Below are positions 9,699 through 18,678 of a stretch of DNA of 36,298 nucleotides, piece after piece. The stretch's first letter is position 1. Every line of letters starts with the position of its first letter. The notes beneath the pieces were generated by a model. The model searched no databases. It had not been told where the DNA came from and saw nothing but the letters and a program-made list of their open reading frames with translations. The stretch spans positions 1 to 36,298 of the forward strand of contig CAVILR010000006.1 of NCBI GenBank assembly GCA_963643725.1, read 5' to 3'. The position numbers were made by a program, and so were the translations under genes. This DNA comes from Lachnospiraceae bacterium (GTDB lineage: Bacteria > Bacillota_I > Bacilli_A > RFN20 > CAG-826).

Positions 9699-10667
9699 AT
9701 GATTAAAATAGTTATTGATATGATGGGTGGAGATAATGGTCTAAAAGCCACGGTCGGCGCGGTTAATCGATTTTTAAATGAAGTTAACGACGCAGAAATA
9801 ATTGCGGTTGGCGATAAAGAGGCTCTATCATCATTAAAAGATAAAGTCACCATCGTCCCTTCCAAAAGCGTTGTCCCGATGGAGTGCAGCGTTCTTGAAG
9901 CGATGCGGATGAAAGATTCATCAGTTTATCAAGCTGTTAACGCGGTTAAAGAATTAAGCGCAGATGCGATCGTCTCTGCAGGTTCAACAAGTGCATTCTT
10001 AGCTTTAACGACGCTTATCATCAAAAAGATTGATGGAGTTGATAGACCAGCCTTAATTACTCCTTTCCCTACATTAGTGGCAAATAAATATGCCGTCTTA
10101 CTCGATGTCGGTGCGAGCAATGAAAATACGCCTAATGAATTATATCAATTTGCCAAGATGGGCCAAGCCTATTACAAAGTCGTCTATGGCAAAGAAAATC
10201 CAAATATTTATTTAGCCAGCAATGGTAGCGAAGAAGGTAAAGGTTCTCCATTAACTAAAGAGGCATATAATTTACTTAAAGAAGATAAAGACTTTAAGGG
10301 CAACATCGAAGCCCGTTATGTTCTTTCTGGCGACGCCGATGTCATCGTCTTTGATGGCTTCACTGGCAATATCTTTCTTAAATCTAGCGAAGGTATGGCC
10401 AAGATGATGTCGAAGATGATTCGCGATGCATTTACCTCATCAACTAAATCGAAGATTGGTTATCTCTTCTCGAAAAAAGGATTTAATACCTTAAAAGATA
10501 AAATGGATTATAAAAAAGTTGGAGGTGCCTTCTTAGTTGGGGTTAACACAATACCTGTTAAGGCTCATGGAAACGCCGATGAAGAATCGTTCTTCTATTC
10601 GATGATGATCGCTTATAATTTAGCGAAGAAAAACATCGTTCAAGAGATTAAAAATAATTTAAAATAA
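9699..10667 (+). CDS. plsX: Phosphate acyltransferase PlsX
   Basis: It has the N-terminus IVIDMMGGDNG and the motif DGFTGNIFLKS. A GGAG SD lies 8 nt upstream. Confidence 0.95.
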   Translation: MIKIVIDMMGGDNGLKATVGAVNRFLNEVNDAEIIAVGDKEALSSLKDKVTIVPSKSVVPMECSVLEAMRMKDSSVYQAVNAVKELSADAIVSAGSTSAFLALTTLIIKKIDGVDRPALITPFPTLVANKYAVLLDVGASNENTPNELYQFAKMGQAYYKVVYGKENPNIYLASNGSEEGKGSPLTKEAYNLLKEDKDFKGNIEARYVLSGDADVIVFDGFTGNIFLKSSEGMAKMMSKMIRDAFTSSTKSKIGYLFSKKGFNTLKDKMDYKKVGGAFLVGVNTIPVKAHGNADEESFFYSMMIAYNLAKKNIVQEIKNNLK

Positions 10668-11350
10668 TGAAAAATATCCAGGAATTACTTAATAAATTTA
10701 AGATTAAAGCTAAAGACATCACTCTTTTTGAGATGGCTTTTACCCATTCTTCTTTTAATGCTGACGCCAAGACGAAGCATCACGATTATGAGAGGTTAGA
10801 ATTTTTAGGTGATTCTGTATTGGGTTGTGTTGTTGCTGAGCTTGCCTATAAAGCGCGTTCAGATTTAGATCAAGGTTCGCTCACCAAGCTTAAAAGCTCA
10901 TTAGTAAATACTAAATCGCTAGCTTCTTTTGCTTTGGAATATCATTTTGATAAATATATCCGAGTTGGTAATTCCTTCACTGGGAATATTGCCTTATCTA
11001 ATCATCTTCTTGAAGATGTCTTTGAAGCTTTTATTGGGGCGATGTATCTTGACCAAGGATTTGTAAAGACACGTCTATTTTTAATCTCGACTCTATATAA
11101 AGATGTTCAAAAATTTAAGATGGATGATATGGAAGATTATAAATCTCGTCTTCAAGAGGAGATGCAAAGCGAACATCGCGAATCGGTCAAATATGTCATC
11201 GTTAAGGAAACTGGTCCATCGCATAACCGTCACTTTATTGCCTCGGTTACCTTTGAAGGTTTAGTTTTAGGCACTGGCGAAGGTTCCTCAAAAAAAGAAG
11301 CCGAACAAATGGCGGCGAAAGAAGCGTTGAATAAAAAGGCGATGAAATAA
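10667..11350 (+). CDS. rnc: Ribonuclease III
   Basis: It has the RNase III signature ERLEFLGDSVLG and a C-terminal dsRBD (SSKKEAEQMAAKEAL). The TAATG junction overlaps the plsX stop. Confidence 0.95.
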   Translation: MKNIQELLNKFKIKAKDITLFEMAFTHSSFNADAKTKHHDYERLEFLGDSVLGCVVAELAYKARSDLDQGSLTKLKSSLVNTKSLASFALEYHFDKYIRVGNSFTGNIALSNHLLEDVFEAFIGAMYLDQGFVKTRLFLISTLYKDVQKFKMDDMEDYKSRLQEEMQSEHRESVKYVIVKETGPSHNRHFIASVTFEGLVLGTGEGSSKKEAEQMAAKEALNKKAMK

Positions 11351-11351
11351 T

Positions 11352-12335
11352 ATGGGTTTAATAAAATTACTTAAAGATAAATTTTCAAAAAAGCCATTGG
11401 AGAAAAACGACAATTATGTCGATGGCTTAGCTAAATCGCGTTCGAATTTTGCTTCTAAGCTCGATTTATTGACGAAGCAATATAAAGAAGTTAATCAAAA
11501 TTATTTCGAAGAACTTGAACAAATACTCATTGAAGCCGATGTTGGAATCGATCTTTCGCTAAGAATCATCGATGAAGTGCTTAATGAGAGCAAAGAAAAG
11601 AATATTAAAGATCCGAAGACAATTAATGAATTAGTCGTCGATAAGATGTTTTTAGGTTATGCCATCAAGGGAGGAAACATCCATAACGAAATCGAATTCG
11701 TTAAAGATGGTGTAACAGTTCTACTCGTCGCCGGGGTCAACGGCGTTGGCAAGACGACGACGATTGCTAAATTAGCGTATCGGTATATCTCTCAAGGCAA
11801 AAAAGTTATGTTATGCGCGGCGGATACATTCCGCGCGGGAGCGATTGAGCAATTAACTGTATGGGCGGATCGACTACATTGTCCAATCGTCGTGGGCAAG
11901 GAACAATCTGATCCCGCGAGCGTCGCTTTTGAAGGAGCAAAAAGAGCTAAGGAAGAGAAGATGGATTTACTTATCGTCGACACCGCTGGTCGATTACAAA
12001 ACAAAGTGAATCTAATGAACGAATTAGCTAAAATCACTCGCGTATTATCAAAAGAGATTCCTAATGCTCCTCATGAAGCATTTCTTATTATCGATGCGAC
12101 AACTGGGCAAAATGGATTAATTCAAGCGAAACAATTTTTAGATTGTATTAAATTGACTGGTATTGTTATCACAAAAATGGATGGCACATCTAAAGGAGGT
12201 ATCATCCTAGCGATTAGAGATGCCTTAGGAATACCAGTTCGCTTTATTGGTTTAGGAGAGAAGATGGATCAATTAGAGGAATTTGATTTAGACAAATATC
12301 TTTATGGTCTATGCTTAGGTGATAAAAGTGAATAA
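11352..12335 (+). CDS. ftsY: SRP receptor FtsY
   Basis: It has SRP-GTPase NG-domain motifs GVNGVGKTTT, DTAGR and TKMDGT. Confidence 0.95.
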   Translation: MGLIKLLKDKFSKKPLEKNDNYVDGLAKSRSNFASKLDLLTKQYKEVNQNYFEELEQILIEADVGIDLSLRIIDEVLNESKEKNIKDPKTINELVVDKMFLGYAIKGGNIHNEIEFVKDGVTVLLVAGVNGVGKTTTIAKLAYRYISQGKKVMLCAADTFRAGAIEQLTVWADRLHCPIVVGKEQSDPASVAFEGAKRAKEEKMDLLIVDTAGRLQNKVNLMNELAKITRVLSKEIPNAPHEAFLIIDATTGQNGLIQAKQFLDCIKLTGIVITKMDGTSKGGIILAIRDALGIPVRFIGLGEKMDQLEEFDLDKYLYGLCLGDKSE

Positions 12336-12639
12336 GACTATTTTAGAAATAATTCACATCAATCGTTTGCTAGATTTTTATGGCTCTCTTCTAAGCAAGA
12401 CTCAACGAGAAATATTAAATGATTATTATGAAGCTAATCTTTCATTAAGTGAGATTGCTGAGAATCGAAATACATCAAGAACCGCGGTTAGTGATGCCTT
12501 AAATAAAGGCAAAGAAAAACTTGAGCATTTTGAAGAAACATTAAAGTTTTGCCAAGCTTTTGATAAATTTAAAAGTCTTGATGATGAACATAAAACAATA
12601 ATTAATGAATTAGAAGAGGAAATAAAAAATGGCATTTGA
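12319..12639 (+). CDS. ylxM: YlxM-family (UPF0122) putative DNA-binding protein
   Basis: It is a small HTH protein (LSLSEIAENRNTSRTAVSDAL) at the conserved position between ftsY and ffh. It has a GTG start and overlaps both neighbours. Confidence 0.85.
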   Translation: MIKVNKTILEIIHINRLLDFYGSLLSKTQREILNDYYEANLSLSEIAENRNTSRTAVSDALNKGKEKLEHFEETLKFCQAFDKFKSLDDEHKTIINELEEEIKNGI

Positions 12640-13981
12640 ATCTCTTAGCGAACGCTTTCAAAGAATTATTAAAAAAGTCCGTGGTCAATCTAGATTAAGT
12701 GAAGCGAACATGGACGAGATGCTTAAGGAAGTGCGAATAGCGCTTCTCGAGGCGGATGTTAATTTTAAAGTGGTTAAAGAATTCGTTGAGCAGGTTAAAC
12801 AAAAGGCGATTGGCGAAGAAGTTTATACCAAATTAAATCCTTCGCAAATGGTCGTAAAGATTGTTCATGATGAACTCGTTGAACTGTTAGGAAGCGATTC
12901 ATCTGAGCTCATCTATCAAAAGAATAAACCGACGATTATTATGCTCGTTGGTCTTCAAGGAAGTGGTAAAACAACCTCCGCGGGTAAGCTAGCTTTATTA
13001 ATGAAGAAGAAGCTCGGTAAAAAGGTTCTTCTTGCCGCCGGGGACGTCTATCGACCTGCCGCGATCGATCAATTAGAGCAAATCGGTAAACAGATTGGTG
13101 TCGAAGTATTCTCGCTTGGAAGCAATGTCTCTCCAGTTGAGATCGCCATTAAAGCCAAGGAAAAAGCCTATAACGAACATTATGATGTTCTCATTTTAGA
13201 TACAGCGGGACGCTTAGCAATCGATGAGCCTTTGATGAAGGAACTTAACGATATCACAAAGGAAATTTGTCCTGATGAAACACTGCTTTTAGTCGACGCC
13301 ATGAGCGGGCAAGATGCAATCAACGTTGTTAACACCTTTAACGCTCAACTTAAAATAACCGGCATCATTATGTCCAAACTCGATGGCGATGCCCGTGGTG
13401 GCGCAGCCTTATCGATTAAATATTTAACCGGCATTCCTATCAAATTTGCCGGCGTCGGTGAGAAATTATCGGATTTAGATGTCTTCCATCCTGACCGCAT
13501 GGCTGATCGCATACTAGGCATGGGTGATGTCATGACGCTCGTTGAAAAAGTGCAGGAAGAAATCGATGAGAAAGAAGCGCGTAAAGATGCAGCAAAATTC
13601 ATCTCTGGCAATTTTACGCTTGATGATATGCTAATTCAGATGAAGAAAATGCAGAAACTCGGCTCATTGGGTGGCCTTCTTAAATTAATTCCAGGCATGC
13701 CAAAAATTAGCGACGAGCAAAAAGCTTTGGCGGAAAAGGAAATGAAGAATCTTGAAGCCATCGTCAATTCGATGACTAAAGAAGAACGCGCACATCCAGA
13801 AATCTTAAAAAATTCGCGCAAGGTTAGAATTGCTAAGGGCTCAGGAAAAACTAACGCCGACATCAATCGTGTATTAAAAAAATACGAGCAAACAAAAGAG
13901 ATGATGAAGGCGATGAAACAATATCAAAAAAGTGGCAGAATTCCACCTTCATTTAATGGGAACTTGCCACCTAAGTTTTAA
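12629..13981 (+). CDS. ffh: Signal recognition particle protein Ffh
   Basis: It has the motifs GLQGSGKTT, DTAGR and SKLDGD, plus a Met-rich M domain (MLIQMKKMQKLG). Confidence 0.96.
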   Translation: MAFESLSERFQRIIKKVRGQSRLSEANMDEMLKEVRIALLEADVNFKVVKEFVEQVKQKAIGEEVYTKLNPSQMVVKIVHDELVELLGSDSSELIYQKNKPTIIMLVGLQGSGKTTSAGKLALLMKKKLGKKVLLAAGDVYRPAAIDQLEQIGKQIGVEVFSLGSNVSPVEIAIKAKEKAYNEHYDVLILDTAGRLAIDEPLMKELNDITKEICPDETLLLVDAMSGQDAINVVNTFNAQLKITGIIMSKLDGDARGGAALSIKYLTGIPIKFAGVGEKLSDLDVFHPDRMADRILGMGDVMTLVEKVQEEIDEKEARKDAAKFISGNFTLDDMLIQMKKMQKLGSLGGLLKLIPGMPKISDEQKALAEKEMKNLEAIVNSMTKEERAHPEILKNSRKVRIAKGSGKTNADINRVLKKYEQTKEMMKAMKQYQKSGRIPPSFNGNLPPKF

Positions 13982-13982
13982 T

Positions 13983-14756
13983 TTATTTTAAGAATTTTTT
14001 ACCCTTTTCTAAGGCGGATAATAACCATTTAGGATTATCGATACCTTCCTCGATTTCTTTTAGCAACTTCTTATCTGATTTACTCAATTGATAATTTTTA
14101 AATAAGTCAGGGCGATATTCTTTTGTTAGCTTTAAAGCTTCTTTTTTTCGATATTTCTCTATCGCCTCATGATTACCGGTGTATAAGATTAAAGGAATTT
14201 GATGACCTTCAAAATCAAATGGTTCCGTGTATTGAGGATATTCAAGCAAAGATGAGGTGAACGATTCTTCTTTAAGCGATTCACTAGATATCGCTCCATC
14301 AAGTAGACGGATTATTGAGTCGGCGATGGCCATCGCGCCAATCTCGCCACCGGTGAGAATATAATCGCCAATGGATATTTCCTCATCGATATAATTATTA
14401 ACTCGTTCATCGACACCTTCATAATGGCCAGCGATGAGGGTGATATCATCTAATTTTGCTAATTCAATCGCCTTTTTTTGCGTGTATGTTGCGCCTCTAG
14501 GCGAGAGCAATATTTTGTGGCTATCGCTCGCGGTACATTTTCTTAAAGTGTCCACGATTGGCTGGCATTTTAAGATTAATCCCGCCCCTCCTCCGACTGG
14601 TGGAGTGTCGACGCGATGATATTTATCTAGCGTATAATCGCGGATGTTAACGACGTTTATTTCAACTATTTTTTTATCTATCGCTCTTTTAATAATCGAA
14701 TTATTTAAAAAGCCATCAAACATATCGACGAATAGAGTAAGGATAGTTATTTTCAT
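13983..14756 (-). CDS. trmD: tRNA (guanine37-N1)-methyltransferase TrmD
   Basis: It has the motifs LSPRG, GHYEGVDERV and SIGDYILTGGE. Its stop codon is 1 nt from the ffh stop on the opposite strand. Confidence 0.95.
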   Translation of the reverse strand: MKITILTLFVDMFDGFLNNSIIKRAIDKKIVEINVVNIRDYTLDKYHRVDTPPVGGGAGLILKCQPIVDTLRKCTASDSHKILLSPRGATYTQKKAIELAKLDDITLIAGHYEGVDERVNNYIDEEISIGDYILTGGEIGAMAIADSIIRLLDGAISSESLKEESFTSSLLEYPQYTEPFDFEGHQIPLILYTGNHEAIEKYRKKEALKLTKEYRPDLFKNYQLSKSDKKLLKEIEEGIDNPKWLLSALEKGKKFLK

Positions 14757-15253
14757 AATAGTCCTTCCATGTAATTAATTGTTATTAGCTTTTTAGCGAT
14801 ATCGACATCTTTAATGAATGCTTTAACAAATGGAATTAGAACATCTTTCTTATCAGTTTTTACTCTCAATGTGGCATAGCTAGAATATTCTTCTATTTTA
14901 TTAACGATACCGATTTCTTGACCGTTATCGAAGATGACTTTACATCCTTCTAAATCGATATAAAAATATTCGCCTTTATTTAAGAAGCTATTATCTTTAA
15001 TTACAAATAGTTGTTTTTTGACTAATGGTTCAACGCTTTCGATGGTGTTATATCCTTCAAAAGTTAATATATCCATCTCACCATTCTCTCGATGCGATTT
15101 GACAACAAATTCTATATACGTATCATCATTTTTAAGAAAAACGTGGCTTCCTTTTTTAAAACGAGAGCCACGAAAATGGGTTGTTGGATATATCTTAACT
15201 TCGCCTTTTAAACCAACAGTTTTAACAATTGTTCCAACGAGCAAATAATCCAT
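14753..15253 (-). CDS. rimM: Ribosome maturation factor RimM
   Basis: The N-terminus VGTIVKTVGLKGEVKI matches the RimM signature. An ATGA junction overlaps trmD. Confidence 0.9.
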   Translation of the reverse strand: MDYLLVGTIVKTVGLKGEVKIYPTTHFRGSRFKKGSHVFLKNDDTYIEFVVKSHRENGEMDILTFEGYNTIESVEPLVKKQLFVIKDNSFLNKGEYFYIDLEGCKVIFDNGQEIGIVNKIEEYSSYATLRVKTDKKDVLIPFVKAFIKDVDIAKKLITINYMEGLL

Positions 15254-15513
15254 TATTTAGTTTCTTCATCAAATGATTCGAATTTTAAGCGAAGTCTAAT
15301 TCCTTCGTTTTTACCGGCTACAGATAAAACTTCTCTTAACGCATTGGCGACCGTGCCTTTTTTGCCGATTAAGCGAGCTGTATCTTCGTTTTCGCTGACG
15401 ATTAAAAGAGTTAATTCCTTATCGTCATCGCTTTTGATTTCACGAATCAATAAAGCGTCGGGATTGATTAAGAAAGGATCAACAATGGTGTGAATGATCT
15501 TTTGATAATCCAT
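15253..15513 (-). CDS. KH-domain RNA-binding protein (YlqC-like)
   Basis: The 86-aa product has the GxxG KH motif (LIGKKGTVANALREVL). It lies between rpsP and rimM as in Bacillus. Confidence 0.88.
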   Translation of the reverse strand: MDYQKIIHTIVDPFLINPDALLIREIKSDDDKELTLLIVSENEDTARLIGKKGTVANALREVLSVAGKNEGIRLRLKFESFDEETK

Positions 15514-15788
15514 TATTTAGATTCCTTCTTCGACTTGGCAAATTTTTCCATGATGCCTTTACGATTGAATAAAGTGCGGATGGAATCTGATGGAATTGCT
15601 CCACGTTGAAGCCATTTCAATGCTGCTTCTTCATTGATATCGGCGCTTTCTTCTCCTTTAGCAGGATCAAAATAACCGATTTGCTCAATATAGCGGGCAT
15701 CGCGAGCGAATCTGCTATCGGCGACGACAATTCGATAAATTGATTCTTTGTGACGGCCGATGCGGGTAAGTCTAATTTTTACTGACAT
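15513..15788 (-). CDS. rpsP: 30S ribosomal protein S16
   Basis: MSVKIRLTRIGRHKESIYRIVVADSRFARDARYIEQIGYFDP is canonical S16. A GGAG SD lies 8 nt upstream of ATG 15788. The ORF-track version (to 16115) adds a spurious 109-aa extension antisense to rplS. Confidence 0.95.
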   Translation of the reverse strand: MSVKIRLTRIGRHKESIYRIVVADSRFARDARYIEQIGYFDPAKGEESADINEEAALKWLQRGAIPSDSIRTLFNRKGIMEKFAKSKKESK

Positions 15789-15813
15789 AATTTTAATCTC
15801 CTTAACAGGCAAT

Positions 15814-15842
15814 ACTTTATATCGATGCAGCTTCTCTGTCAA
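15814..15842 (-). promoter_or_regulatory. Candidate sigma-A promoter for the rpsP-KH-rimM-trmD operon
   Basis: On the minus strand: TTGACA (15842-15837), a 17-nt spacer, then TAAAGT (15819-15814), ~25 nt upstream of the rpsP ATG. Confidence 0.55.
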
Positions 15843-16005
15843 GTATTTTTGCTTAACAGGCTTAAAATTGCTCTTGCTATGCAATAACTCTTTTGCTATT
15901 ATTTCACTTGCGTGATTAAATCGCGTTGCAGACGTTCCGCTACCAAAAGATCGAAAATGATATGAACGCCCTAAGAAAATATATGGAAAAAGGAGGAAAA
16001 AGAAC

Positions 16006-16353
16006 ATGAACGCAAATCTCGTTAATGAAATCACTGCTCGACAAATCAAAAAAGATGTCCCTGAATTCAAATCTGGTGACACCGTCAAAGTCAGCGTGCG
16101 CATCATTGAAAACAAGAAAGAACGTATTCAAGTCTTCCAAGGCGTCGTTATCAAACGCCGTGGCTCCGGCGTCAGTGAAACCTTCACCGTCAGAAAAATT
16201 TCTTCGGGTGTCGGCGTAGAAAGAACCTTCCCAGTTAATTCACCAGCAATTGCTAAAATTGAAATCGTGAAACGTGGTAAAGTTCGCCGTAGTAGAATTA
16301 ACTACTTACGTAAATTATCTGGCAAAGCCGCGCGTATTAAAGAAATTCTCTAA
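16006..16353 (+). CDS. rplS: 50S ribosomal protein L19
   Basis: The L19 sequence is canonical ([29 protein letters not shown]). An AAAGGAGG SD lies upstream. Confidence 0.96.
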   Translation: MNANLVNEITARQIKKDVPEFKSGDTVKVSVRIIENKKERIQVFQGVVIKRRGSGVSETFTVRKISSGVGVERTFPVNSPAIAKIEIVKRGKVRRSRINYLRKLSGKAARIKEIL

Positions 16354-16368
16354 TACGTATTATAGAAT

Positions 16369-16392
16369 AAGCCCATTTGGGCTTTTTCTTTT
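16369..16392 (+). terminator. Rho-independent terminator after rplS
   Basis: AAGCCC (16369-16374), loop ATTT, GGGCTT (16379-16384), followed by TTTCTTTT. Confidence 0.75.
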
Positions 16393-16418
16393 ATATCGAG
16401 AAAATTTATAATATATCT

Positions 16419-17141
16419 ATGTCTGAAACACTTAAGCAGTATAGCAAACGTAATCTATTGATTAGGCGGATTATAATAATCGCCGTTTCTTTAATAATAA
16501 TTACTGCAATTTGTTTAGCATCTTTTTTACTCTTTAATGCATTTTATTACACTCCATTTTGGGTCAATGGTCAAAGCATGTATCCAACATTAAATAAAGA
16601 TGCAAAATACAAAAATGGCGAGTTATATGGCGAGGTTGGCTCGACCGCGGAACTTGGAAGCTATGATATCGACTATGGCTTTATGGATACGCATCAAAAC
16701 GCGATTAATGGTATTTCTCGATTTTCGATCATTGTTTGTAAATATAGTAAAAATGATACAACCAGCAAAATTAAAAGAGTTATTGCATTGCCTGGTGAAA
16801 CTTTTTTTATTAGCAATAAAGTAGAAGACAATGGCTCGCTTTATGTAGCGAATCAAGATGGCGAATTTGAACTAATTAATCAACCTATTGATGAAGCGAT
16901 GATTAAAAAAGCAATTTATCCTTCGCTATATTCCTCATCTTATACATTAAAAGAAGATCAATATTTTGTCATGGGTGATAACCGATCGCATTCAGCCGAT
17001 TCAAGGATTAATGGCCCAATTTCTAAAGATTGGATTATTGGTGTTGTCAAAGGACTTAACGGCAAAGCGACAATTGGCTATGATGAGGATAAGAACTTAA
17101 CACCTATTTCAGTTCATAAATATTGGCCGAGGTATTTTTGA
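16419..17141 (+). CDS. lepB: Signal peptidase I
   Basis: It has a TM anchor and then the catalytic Ser motif VNGQSMYPTL, followed later by GDNRSHSADSR. I chose the start at 16419 because ATG 16377 lies inside the rplS terminator hairpin. Confidence 0.9.
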   Translation: MSETLKQYSKRNLLIRRIIIIAVSLIIITAICLASFLLFNAFYYTPFWVNGQSMYPTLNKDAKYKNGELYGEVGSTAELGSYDIDYGFMDTHQNAINGISRFSIIVCKYSKNDTTSKIKRVIALPGETFFISNKVEDNGSLYVANQDGEFELINQPIDEAMIKKAIYPSLYSSSYTLKEDQYFVMGDNRSHSADSRINGPISKDWIIGVVKGLNGKATIGYDEDKNLTPISVHKYWPRYF

Positions 17142-17998
17142 TGAGTAAAGACATTCATTGGTATCCTGGCCATATGAAAAAGGCCTCGATTCAAATTCAA
17201 GATAAATTAAAACTCGTCGATTGCTTAATCGAACTTTTAGATGCGCGAATACCTTATTCTTCAAGAAACAAAGAACTGTATAATTTAACTAAATCTAAGA
17301 ATCGATTAATCGTTTTAACGAAAGCCGATTTAGCGGACCCTATTATTAGTAAATCCTGGTTAGATTTCTTTAATGAGCAAGGATTTGCCACAATATTCGC
17401 AGATTTAAATAACAATAAAGATGTGCAACGCATCATCAAATGCGCGGAATCTATCTCGAGCAAAAAGCAACAAACATATATTAATAAGGGAATGAAAAAG
17501 CAACCGATTAGGGCGATGATCATCGGCATACCTAACGTCGGTAAATCGACCTTGATAAATAAAATTGCCAAGCGTAAAGCCGCCGGCGTGGAAAATAAAC
17601 CGGGCTATACTAAATCGCAACAATGGATAAAGGTAAGCGATCAATTTGAGCTATTAGATACTCCGGGAATTCTTCAATCAAATTATGATGATAAATCAAA
17701 AGCATTAAATCTTGCCTTATGTGGCTCGATAAACGAAAACATCTTACCCACTGATTATTTAGCTAATGAATTATTGAATTATTTAAAACAATATTATCCA
17801 GATGCACTTATTAACCGTTATAAATTAACATCGCTCAATAAAGACAATATTGAGATATTGGTGGATATCGCAAAAAATCGCGGATTACTTCTTAAATCTT
17901 ATTCCGATATTTCTAAAGCGGAGATCTTATTACTTAATGAATTTAAAAACGGTAAATTAGGACGTATAAGTTTAGAAAGAGAGAAGCGATGTCTTTAA
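17141..17998 (+). CDS. rbgA: Ribosome biogenesis GTPase A (YlqF/RbgA)
   Basis: It starts with IHWYPGHMKKA. The GTPase motifs are circularly permuted, with G4 LTKADL before G1 GIPNVGKST, then DTPG. The start overlaps the lepB TGA. Confidence 0.92.
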   Translation: MSKDIHWYPGHMKKASIQIQDKLKLVDCLIELLDARIPYSSRNKELYNLTKSKNRLIVLTKADLADPIISKSWLDFFNEQGFATIFADLNNNKDVQRIIKCAESISSKKQQTYINKGMKKQPIRAMIIGIPNVGKSTLINKIAKRKAAGVENKPGYTKSQQWIKVSDQFELLDTPGILQSNYDDKSKALNLALCGSINENILPTDYLANELLNYLKQYYPDALINRYKLTSLNKDNIEILVDIAKNRGLLLKSYSDISKAEILLLNEFKNGKLGRISLEREKRCL

Positions 17999-18621
17999 CA
18001 TATCAAAATCAGTTTTATAGCGATGATGTTTCTTTAATCGTCGGAGTGGATGAAGCGGGTCGCGGACCTTTAGCGGGACCGGTTGTCGCCGCGGCGGTTA
18101 TATTCGCGCGCGCGTATGATAATAAAGAAATTAATGATTCCAAGAAATTATCTAGGAAAAAAAGAGAACAGTTATTTGATGTAATTAAAGAAAATGCATT
18201 GAGCTATGGAATTGGCATTGTCGAGGCGAAAACGATTGATGAAATAAATATTTATGAAGCCACCAAAGTGGCGATGAAAAAAGCTATCTCACAATTGAAA
18301 CATCCTTACGATTTAATATTGACCGATGCGATGAAATTAGAAGGCTTTGATGTTGAAGTTATTCCAATTATTAAAGGTGACGCTAAAGCTTTGCCTATTG
18401 CCGCGGCGAGCATATTAGCTAAGGTTACTAGAGACAAGATTATGGATGATTTGTCTCAAAAATATCCTCAATATAATTTTTCAAAAAATGCTGGATATGG
18501 AACAAAAGAGCATCTAGATGCGTTAAAAAAGTATGGGCCAATTCAAAACATTCATCGATTTTCTTATCGCCCAGTTAAAGAAGTTTATTATAAGACGATG
18601 AATTTATTTGAAGATTTTTAG
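17989..18621 (+). CDS. rnhB: Ribonuclease HII
   Basis: It has the motif VGVDEAGRGPLAGPVV and the C-terminal GYGT.EH motif. Confidence 0.94.
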   Translation: MSLTYQNQFYSDDVSLIVGVDEAGRGPLAGPVVAAAVIFARAYDNKEINDSKKLSRKKREQLFDVIKENALSYGIGIVEAKTIDEINIYEATKVAMKKAISQLKHPYDLILTDAMKLEGFDVEVIPIIKGDAKALPIAAASILAKVTRDKIMDDLSQKYPQYNFSKNAGYGTKEHLDALKKYGPIQNIHRFSYRPVKEVYYKTMNLFEDF

Positions 18622-18678
18622 TCTCATTATTTTGTCCCTTTTTAATTCCTTCTTACTACCTATTAATGGAGGTAGATT

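Noticed and set aside
9608-9706. A 32-codon ORF (MSTLLIEIGKDYVNF..) ending across the plsX start, as a possible fapR remnant or leader peptide
   Set aside because: It has no SD and no similarity to FapR that I can recognise. It is most likely a chance ORF in the plsX promoter region.
13345-13866. Antisense ORFs of 60-105 aa inside ffh, and similar ones inside yloV, recG, ftsY, rbgA, topA, rpsB, pyrH, dxr and polC
   Set aside because: Each is fully embedded opposite a well-supported conserved gene. They have no SD and a low-complexity, biased composition, so they are chance ORFs.
15893-16005. An rplS promoter (TTGCTA-17-TTAAAT at 15893-15921) plus an L19-type leader
   Set aside because: The hexamers are plausible, but I cannot fold a convincing conserved structure or recall the Rfam L19 leader well enough to claim it. 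I left it as an untested possibility rather than calling it a feature.
15789-16115. A 109-aa N-terminal extension of the rpsP ORF (200-aa model)
   Set aside because: Canonical S16 starts at MSVKIRL (ATG 15788) with a GGAG SD. The extension is antisense to the rplS start and crosses the intergenic promoter region.
16377-16418. ATG 16377 as the lepB start
   Set aside because: This ATG lies inside the rplS terminator hairpin and T-tract. The added residues (MGFFFYIEKIYNIS) are encoded by terminator sequence.
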